This document shows positions 57,198-64,000 of a DNA stretch of 64,000 bases, one piece after another. Numbering within the stretch: the stretch's first letter is position 1; each line of letters begins with the position of its first letter. The DNA comes from a virus: IMG/VR virus record IMGVR_UViG_3300009026_000007, positions 24,520 to 88,519 of that record; one strand, given 5' to 3'. The translations under genes and the position numbers were made by a program. Below the pieces are notes generated by a model that saw nothing but the letters and a program-made list of their open reading frames with translations, was not told the DNA's origin and did no database searches.

Positions 57198-59033
57198 TTG
57201 GAGATTGCAAAGTATACGATAGGAACTTCGATTGTCTTTCCTAAGTCTGAGATGACAAGGTTTGATTCTCAACTTAAGATTTTAGAAAATAAAATGAAAG
57301 CATCTGGTGAAAGGATGCGACAATTATTCAATCTTAATTTAACTAGATTTAGTGTTAATCAAACTGCAATGAATAGGGTCATTGGTGGAGCATTAGATGT
57401 TGCTAGCCAATCAACAGTATTTAGAATTGAAAGGTTTGTTGTAGACCAATCTCGTTTGAATGCGGCCCTTGGTTCTGCAATGGCGAGAACCAACACTGTA
57501 GCTAATATACGCCAGAATGGTGCTCCAGTTGGCACTAGAAGAGCTGCTGCTGTAGGTGGGTTGATTGGTGGGGGGTTATCCAGGTTCTATGGTCCAGCAC
57601 TTGCGTTAGGTCTGGGTGGTTATGGACTTGGTGCACTAAACAAACGTAACCAAGAAGTAGTATCAGCACAGCTTCAATCTTCTGCTGTAGTTCAACAAGC
57701 TGGTGGAACAGCTGCACAGGGCTCAGAATCTTTCCAATACCTTCGAAGTGAAGGACAGAGAATTGGTTTTAACTACCTAGATGCATCTGGTGACTATAAT
57801 AAACTAATTTCTGGATTGACTGGTTCTGGTATCGGTCTTAAAGAGAGTCAAAAAGTATTCAGTGGATTTGCTGAATTAGCTCGTGTTAATAAATTAGATA
57901 AAACAACTCAGAACAGACTTTTCCGAGCACTTTCACAAGTTGCCGGCAAGGGTAAATTGATGAGCGAAGAGCTTACTGGGCAAATTGCAGAGGCATTGCC
58001 GGGAGGTACAGCACTGTTCGCTCAAGCTTACCAATCTAAGCTAGGCGGCAACAAAACTGGTGCAGATGCAATCCAACAGCTTCTTGCTGATATGAAGAAG
58101 GGTATAGTTACAAGTGACATTCTCACTTTCGCTGGTGCAGCGGCATCACAAAGAGCAAACCAAGGCGGTGCTTTAGGTACGGCTTCACAAGCCTCCCAGG
58201 CTGAGCAGGCTAGATATCAAAACTCTGTGAATGACATGGCAGTATTGGCCTCAAACTCAGGCGTAGAGGAGGGTTTTGCGCGTATTTTCCGCACCCTTAA
58301 CGCTGGCTTGAGTGAGAGTGGTGGCCTAGTCAGGAATCTGTCAGAAGGATTCAATGAAGCTACAAAATGGGCGGACGACTTACTACTTTTTCCACAGTCT
58401 TTTGTAAGGGCTTTGGAGGGCAAAGATAGCATGGTTGCTGATTGGTTGGGTATTGGTCAAACCTCACAGTTGGTTAAGGATTGGCAAGACATTAAAACCC
58501 TCTGGGATCAGATGTCAGCTCTTAATCCTAGCAATCTATTTGGTCAATTCTTGCCAACTATTGAAGCTACCACTCGTGAATTGGCTATGATTTTGAATCA
58601 ATTAGCTGAGTTCCAAAGGTGGAAAAATAACTTAGTTGCATCTCCTAGTCAGGAACAAGATGTAAGTTTTTGGCAACGTCCTATTACTGCTACCTACCAA
58701 ACTCTTGGTAAGTTCTTTAGTGGTGCTGATGAGGCCATAGATAGATCTAAGGAAAGAGGGCGAGCTGTATATGATGACCCCAATTCTTTCTACTATCAAA
58801 ATCCAGAGATGTACGACCAAAACCAAAAAAGTATGGCAATGGATCAAGCCACAACTGCTAATGACTATCAACTTAATGCAGCAGGCTCAGTGACAAACCA
58901 GTTCGATATTAGTATTAATGTAGACGCTGAAACTCTTGGTAATATTGATATTAAATCTCAAGCACAAGAGTTAGCTGATATGTTCAGAATAGAACTATCT
59001 AATGCCTCTGTCAACTTCCCAGTTAAAGAGTAA
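57198..59033 (+). CDS. tape measure protein
   Basis: RALSQVAGKGKLMSEELTGQIAEALPG TMP motif; TTG start with an AAGGAG SD. Confidence 0.9.
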   Translation: MEIAKYTIGTSIVFPKSEMTRFDSQLKILENKMKASGERMRQLFNLNLTRFSVNQTAMNRVIGGALDVASQSTVFRIERFVVDQSRLNAALGSAMARTNTVANIRQNGAPVGTRRAAAVGGLIGGGLSRFYGPALALGLGGYGLGALNKRNQEVVSAQLQSSAVVQQAGGTAAQGSESFQYLRSEGQRIGFNYLDASGDYNKLISGLTGSGIGLKESQKVFSGFAELARVNKLDKTTQNRLFRALSQVAGKGKLMSEELTGQIAEALPGGTALFAQAYQSKLGGNKTGADAIQQLLADMKKGIVTSDILTFAGAAASQRANQGGALGTASQASQAEQARYQNSVNDMAVLASNSGVEEGFARIFRTLNAGLSESGGLVRNLSEGFNEATKWADDLLLFPQSFVRALEGKDSMVADWLGIGQTSQLVKDWQDIKTLWDQMSALNPSNLFGQFLPTIEATTRELAMILNQLAEFQRWKNNLVASPSQEQDVSFWQRPITATYQTLGKFFSGADEAIDRSKERGRAVYDDPNSFYYQNPEMYDQNQKSMAMDQATTANDYQLNAAGSVTNQFDISINVDAETLGNIDIKSQAQELADMFRIELSNASVNFPVKE

Positions 59034-59045
59034 GGAGCTACACTT

Positions 59046-59837
59046 ATGACGCTAGCCGTTAGATGGGGTGAAGACCTTACAGATGATTTAGGCGGTTTCA
59101 TCTACTTTGATGCTGTTACTGCGTATACACAAAACTTCAAAGGTCAAGTCACAAAACATCCTATTGCTAATGGTGGGAATGTCTCTGACCACTTCATTAG
59201 AGATAATCCAGTAATCACATTATCTGGTGTGATTACTGGGGTTGACATTTCTACTGGTGTATATCTAATACAAGATGGTAATGGTATAGAGCCTTCCAAT
59301 ACCTTTCCAGCTCCATCGGCTGTGTCAGTAAATTCTACTGATCAAAGTGTTTTACAGAAATTTATCCCAGATAGTATTGGGCAGTTTCTAGGCGATGCAA
59401 CTCCTAATGTAACAGTAGACGCAAGACGTGCTGATCTTATTGAACAGATTAGACAAGCTTTAATGAATCTTGCAACAGGTGATGTCTATAATTCAGATAC
59501 AGGACAATTCAAACCTCAAATTCAGCTTGTACGTTTGTTTGAATTTGAAAAATCTCTTGTTAGAAGAATTATTAACAGACTTGTAATCACCAATGTCACT
59601 TTCAAGGAAGACGCTAACTCTGGGTATGCTCTTTATTGCGATATCACTTTTGAACAAGTAACCTTTGCAAATCTTAAGAAAACCACTATCCCAAAAGATG
59701 TAACAACATCTCTTAAGAAAAAGGGTGCTGTTAAGGCTGATAAGGGTAAACAAGATAGCACACCCCAAACCATCGGCAGTGGAAGTGCTGATGAACCTAA
59801 AGATACAGATCCTTTAAGACAAGCTAGGGAGAACTAA
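59046..59837 (+). CDS. baseplate/tail initiator protein
   Basis: FDAV...TKHPI..G..VSDH. Confidence 0.75.
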   Translation: MTLAVRWGEDLTDDLGGFIYFDAVTAYTQNFKGQVTKHPIANGGNVSDHFIRDNPVITLSGVITGVDISTGVYLIQDGNGIEPSNTFPAPSAVSVNSTDQSVLQKFIPDSIGQFLGDATPNVTVDARRADLIEQIRQALMNLATGDVYNSDTGQFKPQIQLVRLFEFEKSLVRRIINRLVITNVTFKEDANSGYALYCDITFEQVTFANLKKTTIPKDVTTSLKKKGAVKADKGKQDSTPQTIGSGSADEPKDTDPLRQAREN

Positions 59838-60169
59838 TGGCTACTAATTACATTGCACTCCCTTTGTCTTCTGATCCTTACTACACCTATGCCGTAGCAC
59901 TTGAAAACGTATCCTATAATCTTGAATTTATCTATAGCGAACGTACTCAATTATACTCAATATCTTTGTATGATCAAGACAATGATCCTATCGTTCTAGG
60001 TGAAGCTTTAATTCCAAATTATCCAATATTTAAAGACTACGCAATATTCCCTCTAACTGGATTCTTTTGGATGGAGGAGAAAGCAGATATTATTTCCGAA
60101 CCTTACAAAGTTTACCCTGATTCTGTTGATCAATATTATAATCTCTTTTATATCTACGAAGGTGATTAA
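59837..60169 (+). CDS. baseplate protein
   Basis: Position; 110 aa. Confidence 0.65.
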   Translation: MATNYIALPLSSDPYYTYAVALENVSYNLEFIYSERTQLYSISLYDQDNDPIVLGEALIPNYPIFKDYAIFPLTGFFWMEEKADIISEPYKVYPDSVDQYYNLFYIYEGD

Positions 60170-60171
60170 TA

Positions 60172-61059
60172 ATGGACTTGGTTCAGAAGAATCGTGAGTA
60201 TAAGTTAATAATTGGTGATTCAAAAACCGCTGCTGCATTAGAGATTGATGCTCTTCAAGTTACATTTGATATTTCAAAGTCAATGAACAACAAGAAGAAA
60301 ACAAATTCTGCATCTATTGAAGTGTATAATCTTACTGATGATCAGCTTAAGATGTTGGACACAGATTATCCAGCTGCTGTGTTTTCAGTTGGATATGCAG
60401 ATACAGGTGGTGTTAAAAGGTTGTTTGCAGGACAAGTTAACAATGTAACCACAAGAAAATCTGGTGCTGATAGAGTGACTCAGATACAAATGGGGAGTGG
60501 TTACACTGAATTAAACCACGAAGTCTTGAGTCAAGTTGTCCCAGCTGGTAAGAACGTAGAAGCTGCTATTGAAGAGCTACGTAAGGCCATTGGTGCTGAT
60601 CGTGGAGTCTACAATGGTACTAACCTAAACAACCAAATCATCTACGGTTATCCCCTGTCCGGCACACCCAAAGAGATGCTAGATGAGTTAGCTGAAAAGT
60701 ATAACCTAAACTGGCAACTTGATGGTGAAGTTCTTTATGTAAACAATAATGATAGGGCTAATACTGAGAACTTTAATCAGGCTTATGTGATATCTGAGTT
60801 CACAGGTATGGTTGAGATTCCTTATCGCACTACTTTGAACAAAGACAGATCAAAGAAAGATAAGGTTAAGAAGCCAGGAATTCAATTCAAGATTCTGCTT
60901 AATCCAGCTATTACAGCTGGGGATATCATTAGACTTGAAGATACTCTTATCACAGGCTGGTATAAAGTAGAGGATATTAGGCACACTGGTAGTTGGCGCT
61001 CGAATCCATGGTACACAGAAATCAAGGCAACAACACTAGAGAAAGTAGACAGGAAGTAA
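60172..61059 (+). CDS. baseplate hub protein
   Basis: FDISKS...ASIEVYNL...VGY...LLNP. Confidence 0.75.
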   Translation: MDLVQKNREYKLIIGDSKTAAALEIDALQVTFDISKSMNNKKKTNSASIEVYNLTDDQLKMLDTDYPAAVFSVGYADTGGVKRLFAGQVNNVTTRKSGADRVTQIQMGSGYTELNHEVLSQVVPAGKNVEAAIEELRKAIGADRGVYNGTNLNNQIIYGYPLSGTPKEMLDELAEKYNLNWQLDGEVLYVNNNDRANTENFNQAYVISEFTGMVEIPYRTTLNKDRSKKDKVKKPGIQFKILLNPAITAGDIIRLEDTLITGWYKVEDIRHTGSWRSNPWYTEIKATTLEKVDRK

Positions 61060-61062
61060 ATC

Positions 61063-61821
61063 ATGGTTCCAGAATTACAAGAATTTGTTATGAGTGCAAT
61101 CGAGTCAGAGAACAATAACAAATACACTTGTATCCCTTGTATTGTTGTTGCTATCCGAGATGATTTAAACACTCAGATGGTAGATATTCAACCAAGTGTG
61201 AACCAGATGTTCAAGGACGGTACTGTTAAAGAACGTCCTGTAATTCAAGGTGTTCCTGTCTCTTTTCAAGTATCCAAAACTGCTGGATTCACCTTTCCAA
61301 TTAATGTAGGTGATACTGGCACAGCTATTTTCTCTATGCGAAGTATTGAAGCATGGAAAGGTGGTAACGGAAGACCAGCCGCGCCTACTAACTTCTCTAA
61401 GATGGATAAAAGTGATGCCATCTTCATTCCCGGTATTCAACCTCCGGGTAATGCTGTAAACAATCCAGCAAAGCATGTACTTACTCATAACAGTAAAGAT
61501 ACCGTGATTTTTGGCAACATTGGTGGTGCTGAGGCTGAAGTTCGTATTCGTGCTGATGGTAGTATTGGTATTACGACTAGTAATATGCCCATCATTGTTG
61601 AAGGTAGTGATGTCACAATTAATGCAGCCTCAAGTATTAATCTTAACTCACCAACAATGGTTGTCGATGTTCCGTCCACAACTTGGATTGGTAATATAAC
61701 GCATCAAGGCGACTACGCTCAAACTGGTAACTATACTCTGGTTGGTGGTCAAGCTACGTTCAACGGCGTAATTTTCAACACCCATAGACATGCACCATCC
61801 ACAGTGCCACCAAGTAATTAA
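61063..61821 (+). CDS. baseplate spike (Gp138/gpV-like)
   Basis: VDIQP, GVPV, GDTG..IFS.R, C-terminal HxH. Confidence 0.82.
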   Translation: MVPELQEFVMSAIESENNNKYTCIPCIVVAIRDDLNTQMVDIQPSVNQMFKDGTVKERPVIQGVPVSFQVSKTAGFTFPINVGDTGTAIFSMRSIEAWKGGNGRPAAPTNFSKMDKSDAIFIPGIQPPGNAVNNPAKHVLTHNSKDTVIFGNIGGAEAEVRIRADGSIGITTSNMPIIVEGSDVTINAASSINLNSPTMVVDVPSTTWIGNITHQGDYAQTGNYTLVGGQATFNGVIFNTHRHAPSTVPPSN

Positions 61822-61832
61822 GGAGGTGTATC

Positions 61833-62189
61833 ATAGATTTTCTACTCAATGAACAACACGATATTGTTTGGCATAACGGGCCACTTTTGAGGTCTGATAC
61901 TACCCAGCCTCTTATTGATACAGTTAGACAGAGATTGCTTATCCTCTTGAAAACGTTTCAAGGTGAATGGTTCCTTGATACAACTTATGGTATTCCCTAC
62001 TATCAAAGCATCCTTGGACGTAAGACCACAAAAGATGGTGTAGACCTAATCTTTCAGACAGCTATCTTATCAGAAAATGGAGTCAAGGAAATTACATCCT
62101 TCTCATCCACATTCGTTAAAAGACAATATTCCATGACTTTCTCTGTGAGAGTCAATGATGGTCAGATTACACCTCCCATCACTATTTAA
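61833..62189 (+). CDS. baseplate wedge/sheath initiator (gp25/W-like), probable ATA start
   Basis: QRL...GEWFLDTTYGIPY; AGGAGGT SD 5 nt before an in-frame ATA. Confidence 0.78.
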   Translation: MDFLLNEQHDIVWHNGPLLRSDTTQPLIDTVRQRLLILLKTFQGEWFLDTTYGIPYYQSILGRKTTKDGVDLIFQTAILSENGVKEITSFSSTFVKRQYSMTFSVRVNDGQITPPITI

Positions 62190-62207
62190 TTAAATTAAGG
62201 AAATAAA

Positions 62208-63650
62208 ATGGCGGGTATTTCTGACCAAGGCTTTACAATTAAAAGAATGACAGAGATACTTTCAGACCTACGCGCTGAAGCTACATCTTTGTTTCAAGAT
62301 TTAGTTGAACCCGGTGATCAGGTCGACACATCCAATAGCTCAGCTCTGGGTAGGCTTGTAGCGCTTGTGAGTCCAAGCTTAGCAGATTTGTGGGAAGTAG
62401 CACAAGCTGATTATCAAGCCTTTGATCCTAACTCTGCAACAGGTATTGCTTTAGATAACCTTGTAGCCCTTGGTGGTATCACTAGACAAGAGCAGACCTA
62501 TTCAACAGCACAAGTGATCATCTCAGGGGATAATGGTACTCTGGTGTCATCAGGTCTGACTGTAGGCAGCTCAATTGACAGTAGTCAGTGGACTATTCTG
62601 TCTCCTGTAGCACTTTCTCCTTCTCAAGCTGTCGGTATTACGGTTACTCCCATAACGGTCTCTAACACCACAGTTTATAGCATAACTTATACATCTATCA
62701 CTACTGCTAACACAATCAACTACACTAGTGGTGCATCTGCTACAGCTTCTGAAATTGTTTCTGGACTGAATGCTGTAATAATTGCAAGCCACCCTAGTCT
62801 TGTTAGCAGCATTGAGGGTACGTCTCTTAAAATTAGTCGTGTTGATGAATTCTCTGCTGTAACTTTCACTGTTACCCCTAATATTGGAATCACTAAAGTA
62901 CAAAAGCTTGGTGAAGTTCAGAGCAGTGTAGTGGGCGAAGTTAACGCCGAAGCTAATACATTGAATGTTATTCTTACCCCCCAGCTTGGTTGGGACAGTG
63001 TTACAAACCCCCAGGCTGCAAGCCCCGGACGTAATCTTGAAACAGACGAGGAACTTCGTCTACGGTTTAGAGAGACTAAATTTGAGCGGGCCTCTAATAT
63101 TCTTGAAGCTTTGTACTCAGCATTGATTAATCTTGAAGGTGTTGAGGAAGTAAGAATCTACGAGAATGATACAGATGTTGTAGATGCCTTTGGTGTTCCT
63201 GCACACAGCTTTATGCCCATTGTTCTTGGTGGTGTTAGTATTGATATTGCAAATACCATTTGGGAGAATAAACCAATGGGTATCAGAAGTTACGGTGATA
63301 CAGTTGTAGTTATCTTCGATACCCAAGGCTTTTCTCATAATATTGGTTTTGAACGACCTGATCCACTGCCTGTTTATATTACGATCAACCTCACCACTGA
63401 TAGTGAATTCCCTGGTACTGGTGTTGACGACATCAAATCAGCATTAATTGCATACTTTGATAGTAATCTTGGTATTGGTGATGATGTTATTTGGAGTAGA
63501 TTATTTACCCCAATCAATACCGTAAAAGGTCATGAAATTGATAGCTTGTTTATTGGTACATCCGCCAGCCCTACAAGTACTGACAGTATTCCGGTAGCTT
63601 TCGATATGATTGCTTCACTGTCTTCAGACAACATTATTATCAATACATAA
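62208..63650 (+). CDS. baseplate J-like protein
   Basis: DPNSATGIALD...ETDEELRLR...ENDT. Confidence 0.88.
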   Translation: MAGISDQGFTIKRMTEILSDLRAEATSLFQDLVEPGDQVDTSNSSALGRLVALVSPSLADLWEVAQADYQAFDPNSATGIALDNLVALGGITRQEQTYSTAQVIISGDNGTLVSSGLTVGSSIDSSQWTILSPVALSPSQAVGITVTPITVSNTTVYSITYTSITTANTINYTSGASATASEIVSGLNAVIIASHPSLVSSIEGTSLKISRVDEFSAVTFTVTPNIGITKVQKLGEVQSSVVGEVNAEANTLNVILTPQLGWDSVTNPQAASPGRNLETDEELRLRFRETKFERASNILEALYSALINLEGVEEVRIYENDTDVVDAFGVPAHSFMPIVLGGVSIDIANTIWENKPMGIRSYGDTVVVIFDTQGFSHNIGFERPDPLPVYITINLTTDSEFPGTGVDDIKSALIAYFDSNLGIGDDVIWSRLFTPINTVKGHEIDSLFIGTSASPTSTDSIPVAFDMIASLSSDNIIINT

Positions 63651-63660
63651 GGAGTGATAT

Positions 63661-64000
63661 ATGGCTATCACGCCTTTTGAAGAAATCGATTATCTTTCTG
63701 AAGCTCGTGAACGAGTGACTGAGCAGTTCGTAGGGAAGGAAGTTTTTGATAAATATCTTCAACTCCTTATCAACGCTCAAGTAGAAATACAAAAAGTATT
63801 CAAAGATTTGATGCAGCTTAGAAGCCTTGATACTGCTACTGGTGCTCAACTTGACGTAATTGGTAGAATTGTAGGTCAAGAGAGAATCTTACTGAATGCT
63901 GATTTCTACGACTTCTTTGGGTTCCAAGGTGCAATCAAAGCATCAAGTTTTGGTGAAGTTGGCAACCCATCTGTAGGTGGTATGTTTTACGATTTTGGTA
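63661..64000 (+). CDS. baseplate wedge protein (DUF2612-like), runs off the window
   Basis: MAITPF...RSLDTATGAQLDVIGRIVG. Confidence 0.8.
   Translation, partial: MAITPFEEIDYLSEARERVTEQFVGKEVFDKYLQLLINAQVEIQKVFKDLMQLRSLDTATGAQLDVIGRIVGQERILLNADFYDFFGFQGAIKASSFGEVGNPSVGGMFYDFG

Noticed and set aside
1-64000. CRISPR array, integrase, reverse transcriptase, rRNA or group I intron
   Set aside because: None seen. The endonuclease genes lie between intact genes, and terL, portal and capsid are uninterrupted.

Overview
A 64-kb piece of an AT-rich, apparently lytic contractile-tailed phage genome. Its gene order resembles Pakpunavirus/Otagovirus-type Pseudomonas myoviruses; this is an inference from gene content, not a database result. 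Layout: 1-3254 (-) DNA polymerase N-terminus, T7-gp4-like primase-helicase and small genes. 3350-20530 (+) a host-takeover region of many small ORFs driven by repeated sigma70-like promoters, with an SF2-helicase-like gene, a GC-rich prophage-like insert and duplicated mini-genes. 21100-35040 (-) a second small-gene block with RepL-like, HNH, PTP, dCMP deaminase, ClpP-like and PhoH genes. 35050-39700 (+) a divergent control region with iteron-like repeats, an RHH gene, a RepA_N-like gene, endonucleases, tRNA and tRNA-like genes, and long structured non-coding RNAs. 39700-64000 (+) the packaging, head, sheath/tube, tape measure and baseplate module, interrupted by free-standing homing endonucleases. 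Most notable: (1) a near-perfect XerC/XerD dif site where the two transcription blocks converge, together with plasmid-like replication elements; (2) a D-arm-less 8/4 tRNA-Arg(UCU) whose D-stem appears to be rebuilt from the variable loop; (3) an adjacent RNA with three hairpins that display anti-Shine-Dalgarno loops. All functional calls come from motifs read by eye.
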